From contig CP000070.1 in the NCBI GenBank assembly GCA_000002445.1, positions 544,001 to 608,000 of the forward strand: 64,000 nt of DNA. The letters run 5' to 3'. The notes under the pieces were generated by a model. It was not told the origin of the DNA. It did not search any database and saw nothing but the letters and a program-made list of their open reading frames with translations. Position 1 is the stretch's first letter. Every line of letters starts with the position of its first letter. The DNA comes from Trypanosoma brucei. Its lineage: Eukaryota. The position numbers and the translations under genes were made by a program. Of the stretch, positions 33,724 through 45,156 are shown piece after piece.

Positions 33724-34991
33724 AGACCCGTCTCCCGCTTAATTAACAAAAAATTTCCCTAGGAGTAGCACCCTTTTTTTTTTCTCCGCTGTCACTTCAA
33801 TCACACCACCTTCCCCCAACCGACGAAAAGGGATAGGCACACCGGCCTTCGTGTATTTCCCGACTGTAAAAGTCTAATGAAACCCCTCTCTTCCCCTTCC
33901 CCTCCACCAACACCAACACACGCACACACTTTCTTCCTCTGCCATCCAAACAACTCGTCACGCGGGCGTGACATGTCAGAGGAAGACCATGCACAAGAGA
34001 TATCGGAAATACAAATAAAGGAATATAACATACGGCCACCAAGAAAGAAAAAAAAAGTGATAGCAACAGCAACAGATGCTGTTAGAAAGTTTAAGCACTT
34101 GCACCACCCTGCAAATACCTGCATGAGTGGGTATTACAAACGAACATGTATAGGAAAGTGGAAACTTAATTAGACGGGAGGGGGCAAGTAGAAAATGTGT
34201 AAAGAAGGTGTGGGTGCCGCTGGTGCATAAAGAGTAGAGAATTCACAATGTTCTCCATACTTTAAGTTGGTTCAGGGCAGTAAAAATAACCGAAAACAAC
34301 GAAAGCGGACAATCGACAGCTGAAAGGCGTGCGAGATTGTTGCAGTCTCTTTTCTTTCCTTATATTTCATTCGTTTATTCTGCCGACCCTGTAACTCTTC
34401 CGCTTCCAGTCTTTCCACAGCGAGATTCGCTATGGACGGTTGGAAGACGTATTCGTGTTGATCATTCAACAACGAATGTTTTGCATTGTATCTTTACCTG
34501 ACGTTAAACACCTCCTTCTTTCCATTTATTCCTTATCCCTGTTACGTTTTCATTTTTCACCTCAACGAAAACGTATCTTTTCAGATAATCTCTCTCATCC
34601 CTCTTCTCCTTTTCCCAGATGTTTAGGCGGTGCCACAATGGTGTCGTGAAATAGGGAAATGTCGTTGTGAAAAATAATGCACTTCCCGAAGTCCACCTCC
34701 AGCTCAGCGGAAATTATGGCAGCAAAACATGATGCCTTTAGTTGAGTAACACATATTTCATTCCTTTCCTCGCATTTTTCATCGTTACATCCTTCATTAG
34801 ATTACTTTACTTATGAACCATATCCCTGGTCCAAAGATAGTATTTCCCCCTTTTTCCTTTGTTGTTAGTGCCCCGTGCCATCTTCCACAAGAATGATACC
34901 AAACACATCACAATTATTTCTTTTTTTCGCTTGCACGTGCACTCCCTTTTGCGGATTCGCTCAGGAGATCTGCGAGCCTTTTACCTCACTT

Positions 34992-36656
34992 TTAATACTT
35001 CCAACCACGACTTCTTCCTTGGAGGTCTCTGCTGGACCCTCTATTGCTCTGCGGCCTGTAATTCGATTCAGTGCGGGGTCTCTTGTTAACTGCTGGAAGC
35101 TGAGCGTCGTAGCCAGAACGCCCTCCCTTAGCGGATGGTAGCAGCCCCTCACGACCCTGCCGAAGGACGGGCAACTTGTGTTTGTGGGCCCAACTTTCCG
35201 TGATGGCGCCCATAGGAATGTGACTGGAGGAAAAGGATGACAAAATGATGCGGAGGTTGTGGCAGGAACCCAACATCTCAGCCTCCTTCGCTCCCGCTGA
35301 TGACTTCTGCACCAGTCGCTTCACAGCGTAGATGAGGAGGGGTTCCACCTTCTCCACAGCTGCCAGCATATTACGACACTTCGCTGTGAATTGTTTGTCT
35401 TTAAGCTGTTTTACAAAATCCAGAGGTTTCTTCTGGCCAACAGAAGTGAGAGCAAGAAGAAGTGCCTCAAGCGTCGTTAAATACTCGGGCAACGTGTTTC
35501 CATCGCCTATAAGGTTCATAACATGTTCTAGAAGAGTTTTATACAGCGTGTCCGTGTTTTCAGGTGTTGCTGAGCGCGCGGCGAGGAGGAGTAGCTTCGC
35601 ATGCCACATTCCCCTAACTGTCGTACCGTCGACCGGTGCGGAAAGCAGTCCGGCCTCATCTAGCATAGGGGTAAGATCATATGCAACAGCGCCCACGTGC
35701 TGTGCAACCAGACTGAGTGACTCAAGTGCACGATCGGTGTTGAGTTTGGTGCTGGCCAAAAAAGCGGTAAGGAGCGGCAAACCCTTTTTCTCCTCAACAG
35801 AAGGTAGTGACGCTGCTATCCGTGCGAGTTGGGCAAACTCTGTTATGGTAACAGCAGAGAGAACACGGATGATGAGAGCGAGTACGTGCTCCTGAATTTC
35901 CTCTGTCCATTGCGGACGAAACGATGCCGTTTGCGCCACCTTCCTCAAACGAGCCATAGCTGTGCGGCGTTCCTTCTGTAATTGATCCTCTTCCTCGGCT
36001 TCACGATCATCGCTTAACCAATGTAGCAGTTTTGTGACAACCGGACGAAACGCCGTGCTTACGAGTGTATCCAGCGCCTTTGAGGCTGCTGAACGAACAG
36101 GTTCAGCAAAGCCGTTTTCGTCAATCATCACCTGCATCAACACATCCGCCCCCTCACGGGACAGGTACTCCCATTTTTTATCGAGCATGGAAACGGGACC
36201 GAGCGCAGCAATGCCCTGCACTGCCGCAACCAACAACTGTTGGGTATTATCGGGTCCGCTGAGTATTTTCACGAGAGAGGTAACCACCTTTTTGAGTGCA
36301 TTACCGTCGCGCATATGCTGTCCGTATTTCGCAAAGAACTCGAGCATCCTCACGCGCAGCAGCAGTGGAGTTTCCGCCTTCTCTGCCTCTACAAACGTCT
36401 GTGCGATTTCCTCAGCGAAATCGTTCACCTTCGCGGGATCTTCCGCAACGGCAGCCTGCAGCACGGCGTACAATTCGGAGGCGGAAGTTGTGCCTTGAGG
36501 GGTGTCCAAATGTTGCATTGTTGGCGAAGACGCAGTCGGCGTCGTTTCTGCTGCCATCACCGGGGAAGTGGTGAGATCCTCCTTTTCATCATTCTTTGCG
36601 GTTGCAACCTTCTTCTTAACCGGCATTGTGTCCCGTATCTGTAACCAAGTACACAA
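34992..36656 (-). CDS. API5-like (apoptosis inhibitor 5 / AAC-11 family) helical-repeat protein, 554 aa. Alternative start at Met 11 (MPVKKK)
   Basis: It is an all-helical protein. The C-terminal region aligns with metazoan API5 from memory (EALLLALTSVGQKKPLDFVKQLKDKQF versus ECLLYSFHQLGRKLPDFLTAKLNAEKLKDFKIRLQ, and HIPMGAITESW versus HIPPSYKSTVTLSW). It has a basic RG-rich tail ending in Y, as in API5. The family call is tentative. Confidence 0.6.
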   Translation of the reverse strand: MCTWLQIRDTMPVKKKVATAKNDEKEDLTTSPVMAAETTPTASSPTMQHLDTPQGTTSASELYAVLQAAVAEDPAKVNDFAEEIAQTFVEAEKAETPLLLRVRMLEFFAKYGQHMRDGNALKKVVTSLVKILSGPDNTQQLLVAAVQGIAALGPVSMLDKKWEYLSREGADVLMQVMIDENGFAEPVRSAASKALDTLVSTAFRPVVTKLLHWLSDDREAEEEDQLQKERRTAMARLRKVAQTASFRPQWTEEIQEHVLALIIRVLSAVTITEFAQLARIAASLPSVEEKKGLPLLTAFLASTKLNTDRALESLSLVAQHVGAVAYDLTPMLDEAGLLSAPVDGTTVRGMWHAKLLLLAARSATPENTDTLYKTLLEHVMNLIGDGNTLPEYLTTLEALLLALTSVGQKKPLDFVKQLKDKQFTAKCRNMLAAVEKVEPLLIYAVKRLVQKSSAGAKEAEMLGSCHNLRIILSSFSSSHIPMGAITESWAHKHKLPVLRQGREGLLPSAKGGRSGYDAQLPAVNKRPRTESNYRPQSNRGSSRDLQGRSRGWKY

Positions 36657-37708
36657 AGTTCCACAACGCGTAAGTCCTCTCTTTATGATTTCCCCAACTT
36701 TTAGCTCCCCAAAACACTACCTTCTCTAGTATCCCGTTGTCCTGAAATAAAAGACAACGAAGGACCGTATTCGCCAATTATGTAAACAAATATAGATGTG
36801 ACTATTGCCTTCGGTGGCCGCACGACACTTAATGTTATGATGCAGCAACTTATAGAATGCGTAATTGAAACAAAGAACCAAGGAAAAGAAGGAGGACCAG
36901 GACAGAAGTACCAGTGACAACACAGTACGCTGGAAGCGACATATACAAAAGTATACAAAAATAAATTCGTATAAACATATACAAATTATTGCAATTTGCA
37001 TACGCGTCGTGCTCATGAAAACGAAGAAAGGAAAGGAACGGTCCGAAAACGATACGGTCTGTGAGCAAGCATGAAATCCCCAACACTGAAAAGTGTGAAT
37101 AATGGAGGCAGAATGAAGCTGCGTGGTGATACTTCCTTGCTTAACTCACCACTCCCTCCCAGCTGCAACTGTCCCAACAACCAGAAACAAGATGAAAAAG
37201 TCGTACAGCGTACTGTGTACAATAGAACCCATTGTTTGATGAAACAGTTGTCTACAAACGACCACTTAATGGGAACTCGTGCACAACCCGTGTGATAACT
37301 GTGTAATTTACATGTGATTATACCGTCTATATCACCAAACGGAGATGTGAGAACGGCGAAGACATGTTTTCCGCACCAACTCACAGTGATGCATAATAGT
37401 AATTGATGCAACAATGTAATTAAAAACACATACGATTTTGTGAACTACCGTATCAAACACAACAATTCAAAGAAACTAGCGGTTAGCACACGGAAAGTAA
37501 AAAAAAAAAACCTTCCCACTCCCCTTTTCCTCCTTCAACTACATCGCTCAGCGTATCAGTGAGGTGATCGGCTGCGCGCTCTCCCCATGCTCCAAAGGCG
37601 GCGGCACACTTTCCTCATTTGCATCAATCCTCCACAACATAGCAGCTAAATAAAGGTACAGCTTTTTGAGGGCATGAAAATTTGCGTAACGTCCATCCTT
37701 TCATCCAC

Positions 37709-39799
37709 CTAATCCTCGAGCATATCGTAGCAATCAACAACAGCAGTACATATTGCTCGCGAGAATTCCTCGGCGGAGTGTATGGGCCCACACTCCTTCC
37801 AGCACGACACGTTAAACAGTAAACACTCCGGTCCCGCTGCATAGCCCACACCGTACCCAGCACTAACAGGCCCAAAGCCTCCACCAACGACAGCATTTGA
37901 AAAAAGTGACGAAGTGCTCAGAATGTTACTCGTGAGTGTCGCGTATGAAGGGTCACTGAAAAGTAGTGGAACACGCTGTGGGTTACGGCGCTCTGCTACC
38001 TTACTTAAGGCGAATAAGTGGCAATCCACACCTTGACCTGTGCGGGTATTCTTAACGTTAGTCCTGTGCTTTTTCACTGCACACAAAAACGCACCTCTCT
38101 TTTCACTAATTGGAACTCCCGGTGAGTCCATCAACATCGTAAACGCCTGACTCTCAATTGTAGCCGGCCGAATGCAATCCGTTCGGCCGCGCAGATAGGC
38201 TGCTGTACTGCAACTTTCATATGTACTGACCGTGCTTTTGTTAAGCCTCCACCATGCAAGTTGCATCGCCACTTGCATTAGTCCATCCAAACCAATGCGC
38301 AAATTGCGCAGCAATGGGTCGTTAAAGCCTGTCCCGGGTAGCAGCGAAGTGCAAAAATCAAGCCGTCGCATATCCCCACTCATTCGCGTCTTCGCCTTTA
38401 AAGCCTGATGCTGCAACTCGGGCGGGAGACACCATTTAAGTTGGCGCACTGGCTCCGTTGGCGAAACGTCCCTTGGCATATCCTTGCTAGGGCGCATGAT
38501 GGAGTGATTAAACACATCCTCAACGTACCGCTTTACGACTAAGCCGTCACCCCAACTATGTTCAAAGCTAACTCCTAACGTACCGTCCTTCGTAACAATT
38601 ATGCTAATGCTCTTATCAAACCAACGATTCGTTTCCTTCGCCAACATAGAACGTGTGGCTCCCGTGGCCCCTCCGGGTTTGAGGTAATCCACCACCACAT
38701 CGTCATCGAGGCACACCACGAACAGGGCAGAGTCAAGCAACTCAAGGTTCTGTTGATTGACTTGGTGGCGTGCCATTGACAAACGCACCGCATGCCACGA
38801 CGTCCGATCCATCGATGTAAAAATGCCAACATCAATATCCGGCGGCGCGGCGTTCAATTCGGCGATCGCCTTGAGCCGTGCATATATTTGTTCGTCTGGA
38901 AGCGGTCGACAATCCTTGTCCGCGACTGTTACCACGTACTGCTGACCACGGTACAGCACAATAATATGCTGTGCGAACCCAACTGCCTTAATCTCATCCC
39001 GGAGGACTCCTGGCACGCGCGTAGAGCACATTAGGTAGTCGTACCGTGACATGTCAAGCGGAAATGCATGGAAGTTAGAGCCAACACTCATAACTTTGGC
39101 AGAGACATATTCAGGAGATAACGCCACTGTGCGCTGAAACCAGTCGCTTCGACAGTAATGGTTTGGTGGTGCAGAGTAATATATATCTGGTTGCAAAGTG
39201 TTATCAAGATATTTCTGCTGGAAAATAACACTGCTGGATATCCAAAACGTTGCTCGCGTAAGCATATCCTGCTTATCTGCATCCCGTCGTGTAACGAGGC
39301 ATGGGTTACGATTGATTGGAAGAGGCGTTCGGTCCATAAGGTAGCGGTCGCACCAATCAGCTGATACGTATGAAGTGTGCCTGTTTGCCTTGTTAGTTCG
39401 CACCAACTCATCCTGCAGAACTATACCTTCATTGGCTTCAAACTCCTGCACCACCTTGGCTGTGAAGTCATACTGTTTGGGTGGCACAAGGGGCTTTACA
39501 GCTTCAAGGTACCTGGCGCATGTTTTCTCCAGCTTTGGCACTGGAAGACGAAACAGACTGCGCTGCAGATGCCTAGTTGGAAGAACAGATGTATGGAGTG
39601 CCGTGCAGTCCGTGCAAACGCCAGTTGAGATGCGCTGCACCAGTGGTCCCCAGAGGCTCCAATCTGTAAAATCTTTTAACGCCTCTAAGCGCCAGCAAAC
39701 AGAGGAAAGGCGCATTTCTCCTGTCACTTGATAAGGGAACGCAAGAGTTGGGTATTCACCTATTTCACTAATTTTTATGTTCACTGCTCGTCCCTCCAC
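37709..39799 (-). CDS. Carnitine O-acyltransferase (choline/carnitine acyltransferase family), 696 aa
   Basis: The N-terminal motif is LFRLPVPKLEKTCARYLEAVKP. The catalytic His lies in EHSWGDG (family consensus EH-x-x-x-DG). The family call is confident. Chain-length class (CAT versus CPT) is not determinable. The true start may be an internal Met (MRLSS), because the sense-strand polypyrimidine tract lies further upstream. Confidence 0.85.
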   Translation of the reverse strand: MEGRAVNIKISEIGEYPTLAFPYQVTGEMRLSSVCWRLEALKDFTDWSLWGPLVQRISTGVCTDCTALHTSVLPTRHLQRSLFRLPVPKLEKTCARYLEAVKPLVPPKQYDFTAKVVQEFEANEGIVLQDELVRTNKANRHTSYVSADWCDRYLMDRTPLPINRNPCLVTRRDADKQDMLTRATFWISSSVIFQQKYLDNTLQPDIYYSAPPNHYCRSDWFQRTVALSPEYVSAKVMSVGSNFHAFPLDMSRYDYLMCSTRVPGVLRDEIKAVGFAQHIIVLYRGQQYVVTVADKDCRPLPDEQIYARLKAIAELNAAPPDIDVGIFTSMDRTSWHAVRLSMARHQVNQQNLELLDSALFVVCLDDDVVVDYLKPGGATGATRSMLAKETNRWFDKSISIIVTKDGTLGVSFEHSWGDGLVVKRYVEDVFNHSIMRPSKDMPRDVSPTEPVRQLKWCLPPELQHQALKAKTRMSGDMRRLDFCTSLLPGTGFNDPLLRNLRIGLDGLMQVAMQLAWWRLNKSTVSTYESCSTAAYLRGRTDCIRPATIESQAFTMLMDSPGVPISEKRGAFLCAVKKHRTNVKNTRTGQGVDCHLFALSKVAERRNPQRVPLLFSDPSYATLTSNILSTSSLFSNAVVGGGFGPVSAGYGVGYAAGPECLLFNVSCWKECGPIHSAEEFSRAICTAVVDCYDMLED

Positions 39800-40388
39800 T
39801 TCCCCTCCCCTTGCAAAACCTCAAGCACTCGCTAGCAGGGGAAATATTTATCACGCCTTGAATACTTTCGCGGGGGCGAGGCGTTACCCCACCTTCTCTC
39901 CTGACAGCCGGTGTAGTGTCGCTACCTGCGTGTTGCAGGTAATATACGCGTATATATATACAAGTGTCCTGTCGGAGAAGGCAAGTAGACAACGAAAAGA
40001 AAAAGATGGAAAGAGTAAATAATCGCATAAAACCCCGAGGGGGTTAGGACACGCAGTTACACGAAACGAGCAGAAGTTCATATAAAAACAACGACGAAGG
40101 TAATTCAGCGACACATTAACATATTTTGAAAGAAAAAATAGATATATGTGTCTGGTGAACCCCAAGGTTCCACCACAAGGGAAAAGAGTGAGAATGGAAG
40201 ATGCAAACTCCTTCTTCACTAAGGTAAGGCAGTCCCTTTTCTCTCATTATAAACTCAAAAAGGGGGTAAAAAAAAAAAAGAATGAAAAAGAAGAAAGCAA
40301 GTGGGGTTGCCCGCCGCAATCCTCAAATGAAGTGCAAGCAAAACAATAAAAAAAACACTGTTTCGGTCCCTTGTCCGCTTCCAGGATA

Positions 40389-41228
40389 TTAAAGGGTTCT
40401 CACAATCACGGTACAGTTGGACAATCTGGCCTCATCAACGGTTTTGGATTCATCGCTAAGTTGCCTTGGAGGTACATCGCGAACCACAAGTTTGAACGCT
40501 CCCAAGTGAACATTTGCATACGCTGCGGCAAGACCATACACATCGGCCACAGTGTGTCGTTTGGGGTTCACCTTGAATTCCTTGCGCTCACCGAAAAGAT
40601 TGACAATCGCTATTTTCGCCTGTTCCTCCCCCTCGTGAAACTCAAATGGGCGAGCATCAACAGGTAAGGCGACAGCTCCCATCTCAGCATTCACTTCAGC
40701 TTTCGAAGCACCTCCCGACGTTCCCTCATCCAGTCTCCTCCCGGTACCGGGGAAACGGACATCGCTCTTACAGTCCAAATGCATGCAGTCGATGAGACGC
40801 AATGATATCTTTGTGATGGGATACATGGCCGTCAGCCGTGCAGGGACAATCCCCTCCCGCACTGATTCGAAGAATTCCACTGATTCCGGACTGTCCATTG
40901 AGAGTAGCGGCCCGTCGTCAATTGTGTACCCGTCGCGGTACACTCTAACGTTAACGGTGCGCTCCTGAAGCGCTGTGGGAGAAATGAAAGGGCTGTTGGC
41001 CTGTGTGTGACCCAAGCGCCTGCCATAACCATAAAAGGCTTGGGGTGCGGTGGACCTCCCGTCGCTGGCGGCCACGGGAGCGGAGCGGAAAAGGGAGTCA
41101 ATCATCCCCTTCACTGAACTGCTGTCGGCCGGGGCATCAACCTGCTGCCCGGAAGAGGGGCCACCTCCAACGAAATAACTTACCCCCTTCTTCTTATCTG
41201 TGTCTTTTGACGGGCCACCGCCACTCAT
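40389..41228 (-). CDS. p47/Shp1-like p97(VCP) cofactor with SEP and UBX domains, about 279 aa from Met at 41228. The ORF extends to 41270
   Basis: The SEP domain matches (VRVYRDGYTIDDGPLLSMDSPESVEFFESVREGIVPARL versus p47 [41 protein letters not shown]). The C-terminal UBX matches (FKLVVRDVPPRQLSDESKTVDEARLSNCTVIVRTL versus [33 protein letters not shown]). No N-terminal UBA domain is evident. Confidence 0.8.
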   Translation of the reverse strand: MSGGGPSKDTDKKKGVSYFVGGGPSSGQQVDAPADSSSVKGMIDSLFRSAPVAASDGRSTAPQAFYGYGRRLGHTQANSPFISPTALQERTVNVRVYRDGYTIDDGPLLSMDSPESVEFFESVREGIVPARLTAMYPITKISLRLIDCMHLDCKSDVRFPGTGRRLDEGTSGGASKAEVNAEMGAVALPVDARPFEFHEGEEQAKIAIVNLFGERKEFKVNPKRHTVADVYGLAAAYANVHLGAFKLVVRDVPPRQLSDESKTVDEARLSNCTVIVRTL

Positions 41229-42045
41229 TAGTATGAATTCTTTTTTTGTGTGTTTTTTGCAAAGCAACAAAAAAAAAAGATAGACTTACTTAATTTCGAT
41301 TCCAATGTAGCGGTAGACTCCGGGTCGATTGATGCCGAATAACTACGTTTCTGTCTCGGGAAGAAGGTGCGCAGCCACTCTACTCGCTTTTTCCTTTTTT
41401 TCTCCTGAAGCGTTTCTTCGGTCACTTGTTGTCTCCTCCCACCTTATTTGTCTTTTTAATCTTTTTTAGGCAATAGTTCGATAACTACAATGAATGACTC
41501 CCTACAGTCTCTATTCAACGAAGTTTTATTTTCGTTGAGTCTCTTGTAAATTGTTTTGCGATTGTCCAACAACACTTCGTGCTGGTGAGAAATATGATGA
41601 AAATCGCGCAAGCAATAAGAATTAGAACAGTCAAAACAACAAAAACGAAGGAAAATGGATCTGAGAGACATCATTTTATATAAAATACAAAACCGTGGCA
41701 GCTTCGCACACACACAAATGGTAAACAAGGTAGAACGGAGTAGGTGGAAAAAAAATAAACAAAAAAGTTACGAGCAATGCAGAGAAAACATTCCGCTATA
41801 GAGCTATAAGCGACAAAAATAAAAAATTAGGGCTCAGTAATGTGACCAAACAAACAGCTCAAAGCCGGTTCCGTTGCCGTGGCATCAGAAGTTAGAAGGA
41901 TGATAACGAGCAAAAGGTACAGAAGGAATCATATTAAGTAAATACGTGGACGTTGACATGCACATATCACTTTGAGTGATGCATTTCAACAGTCCTTGAA
42001 GATTCCACAGCAGATAAAGCACAAAACGTAGACGATATATACACG

Positions 42046-42086
<41 letters not shown>

Positions 42087-42097
42087 ATGTGTGTGTG
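42046..42097. repeat. Compound (TA)13(TG)n microsatellite
   Basis: Seen directly in the sequence. Confidence 0.9.
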
Positions 42098-42309
42098 ATG
42101 AATATGATCACGTGAAAGTCAGTTCCTTGCTAACACGGTAAAACAAAATGGTGACGTGAAGTAATGAACCATATTGTCGATAACTCCTCGCGTGGCTACT
42201 ACAGCTCTTACTATACCGTTCACACAAAATTTATCCTTCTGAAGTCAAAAATCATAACGACATGTTTCGAACTTACGCAGCCTGTGCTTGGATTGCGTCA
42301 CTTAGTTTC

Positions 42310-43011
42310 CTAAACAAATGGATGTAGCATTAGTTGAAAGTGAAGGAGTGTTCTCTCATCAGCAGTCAGGTGAGGTAGGCTCTGTAAACACGTGGCTTCC
42401 CAATCACTTAAATTCCGCTGCACGGTATTGTGGGTCTCTTTAGATACTTCCACATAGAGATTTTTCATGGAAACGCGGAGCTCTTGCAAGAAGTCAGTTC
42501 CGTTGTAAAGCTGTCCGTATGTAATAAAGAGATGCTTAAGCCACTTCGCTTCCTCCGTATACGCATTATGAGCAGCTGAGGATGTCCCTGCAGCAGTTGC
42601 TTCAGCTGCCAACTCGCTCGCCGAGTTTGGCACCATCGGATGAACAGTCAAGTCCCCACGGCAAGTCGATAGCAACGTCCGGCATCGCTGCGACTGTCTG
42701 CTATTCTCTAGTATTTCTGATTCACTTGAACGCTGTCGCTTCTGCAACTCTCGATGCTCAACATCGAGCTGCAGCAGCTGCGCTCTTGCATCCGCTAACT
42801 TCGCCACAACTGCTTCCCGCTCCATAAAATTTTTGTCGCGCTCCTCCTCAACAAGCAACTTTCGGTACCGCAACTCTCCAATGATTCGCGCGCGTTCTTC
42901 CGACTCCGACTGCATGGTGGCTATAATTTGCAGGAACTGTCGGGCCTCCTGCGGCACAGTGCTGCCCTCCTGAGTTTCAGTCCCTGTAACAACATCGGTG
43001 CGTTCAATCAT
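42310..43011 (-). CDS. Hypothetical coiled-coil protein, 233 aa
   Basis: Minus-strand ORF. The N-terminal half is strongly helical and charged (EERARIIGELRYRKLLVEEERDKNFMEREAVVAKLADARAQLLQLDVEHRELQKRQR). No known domain. Confidence 0.5.
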   Translation of the reverse strand: MIERTDVVTGTETQEGSTVPQEARQFLQIIATMQSESEERARIIGELRYRKLLVEEERDKNFMEREAVVAKLADARAQLLQLDVEHRELQKRQRSSESEILENSRQSQRCRTLLSTCRGDLTVHPMVPNSASELAAEATAAGTSSAAHNAYTEEAKWLKHLFITYGQLYNGTDFLQELRVSMKNLYVEVSKETHNTVQRNLSDWEATCLQSLPHLTADERTLLHFQLMLHPFV

Positions 43012-43652
43012 GCGGAAAAAATAGATAAATATTTGTGAGCTCGTTCCTTGCCGCTGCCAAAATGACTACAGGAAAACAGTTAAAAACTCAGACCTGAGGG
43101 AGGGAGAACGTTATGTATTTAAACACCGACGTAGTGAACATGAACGAAGCAGTTAATTGAGATTACCAATGGTCGGATCGTCACTCCCAAAATCAAAAAA
43201 AAAAAGAGATATGGGATGGGTGGTTTATTTGCTTATTAGTACATCTGGTCTGCAAACGGCCCCTTTTCCATCAGACCGTGTGAAAAAAGACGGGCTTCCT
43301 GGCAAAATCTTGAGGAAGGTCCGTCAAAAGAGAAAAAAGGAAATTCCTCGCAAGGAATTTAATCCATGCGATTGGCAAAAATAAGAAGAAGGAAGACGGT
43401 AATGCACAGTGAAAACTCGGTATTCTTTCTGTTTTGTTTTTCTCTCTTGTGGGAACGCCTGGTAAAATTTAATTATGTGTTTGACAACTCTACACAGAGT
43501 TGCAGCAATGTTTAAAAGTACAAACACACCCATTTTATTCTCTCAAAGTGCCCTTTACCTCCCAGCAAAGGAAGAAACAACTCAAGTGAGTTAACTAATA
43601 ATGAATGGACGTGGGAGAATGATCGCTGCTTTCAGCACTCCAACAATTTACA

Positions 43653-44615
43653 TTAGTCCACATCCCGCACACTAAAGCGGTAGTGGTTGCTGCGGACCCC
43701 CTCGCCACGATGGTGAAACGGACAGTCCTTCACGGAAACAAATGGGCACTGGCCTAAAGCCCTAACACTCTTCAGCGTAACGAAGGGTCTCAGGGCACTA
43801 ATATGTCTCGCCTCAGATGTCTCCCATTCCTCAATGATGCTCCGATACTGCTCCTCTGAGCGAAAAAGTGACTCGATCGCACGCTGAAAACGCATCTTGG
43901 CCCCAACTATCCTTTCCACACACTGTCGCGAATCGCGTACCCTAAACTCGGCGCGCTGTATCATCCGCCGCTCTTCCTGCTCCTGCTCAATCAGCTGCTC
44001 TACGCGAATGGCAAAGGATTGGGCAAGCCAAGGCCCATTCTTGGCGCGGTACTGCTCTTGCTTCCGCTGAAGAGAGATACGGAATGCTGTGAATGCATTA
44101 ATGCTTTCGACGCTCCCTTCTTCCTTCTGCATAAGGACCATGAACGCCTCCTTCTCTGCTTTAACAAGTTCCTTATACTTCCGCCGCTGCAGCGCCATCA
44201 GACGGCGTGACCTCTCCCTGTCTAGTACCATATTGTCAGATGACCCTACAACGGAATTCTGCCAAACATCCGGCATTCCCCTATCCCAGTACTGGTCCAA
44301 GTAGTAGTTACTGCCATACGCCGTGGAGGCTGTCGTTGCAACATGAGGCAACCCGGGCAAAGATGAGGGATATTCTGACGCCCGCCTATTCGAGTTGGCA
44401 ATGGGCCACGGTGTTGCCATGGCGTCGTCAAAGTTTCCAGGTAGCGTCGGTAAGAGAGATGATCGCATCGTCGTCACAGATCTGCCTCCAATGATTGAAG
44501 ACCCAACGCTCTTCGGCGCGGCACTCATTCTCCCCTTCTGCCCCATCGTTATGGCGAGCGCAGTCGTAGTAAAATTCTTCTTTTTAAGTAGTGATAACAA
44601 CTGTAAATACAGCAA
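43653..44615 (-). CDS. Hypothetical protein, 320 aa
   Basis: Minus-strand ORF. The central region is basic and helical (RRKYKELVKAEKEAFMVLMQKEE...QRKQEQYRAKNG). No known domain. Confidence 0.55.
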   Translation of the reverse strand: MLYLQLLSLLKKKNFTTTALAITMGQKGRMSAAPKSVGSSIIGGRSVTTMRSSLLPTLPGNFDDAMATPWPIANSNRRASEYPSSLPGLPHVATTASTAYGSNYYLDQYWDRGMPDVWQNSVVGSSDNMVLDRERSRRLMALQRRKYKELVKAEKEAFMVLMQKEEGSVESINAFTAFRISLQRKQEQYRAKNGPWLAQSFAIRVEQLIEQEQEERRMIQRAEFRVRDSRQCVERIVGAKMRFQRAIESLFRSEEQYRSIIEEWETSEARHISALRPFVTLKSVRALGQCPFVSVKDCPFHHRGEGVRSNHYRFSVRDVD

Positions 44616-45156
44616 AGGCGAACAAAGGAATAATTAGAAAAACAAAAAGGACTCGAAAAGAGACCCTCAGAGGGAGTACACCTACGAACAAGGAAAACGT
44701 GCACTTCCAAATCAACTAACTTGCTTCACCTGGTTAAAAGTTCGGCTGCACGATAACAAGAATGTACGGAGGGAGAAAGTCACTGTGGTGAAAGAAAAGG
44801 AGGCACAATGAGCATATGCAACGACTCAATTGAAGCAAACAGTATAGGATATATATATATATATATAGTCGGTGAGAACAGATATACAAGCGCGCATGCA
44901 CGAGCACACGCCTATGCCATTTGGGCACTTGACGTTATACACACAGTACAGGAAAATATCGTTAATAAACGGGACATTAAGGAGCAACTTGAAAAAGTCA
45001 GACACCACGAGACAGGAAAGAAAAGAAAAGTGGGGACACCTCGACACTACTGGTGTGTCTTTCACAAAGGCAAAGGTAACAAAAGGAAGAAACCTAACGT
45101 ACAAAAACACGAGGGTTGCTCCACAAGGTCACATAACTTGAAGTCAGTACACTCCA

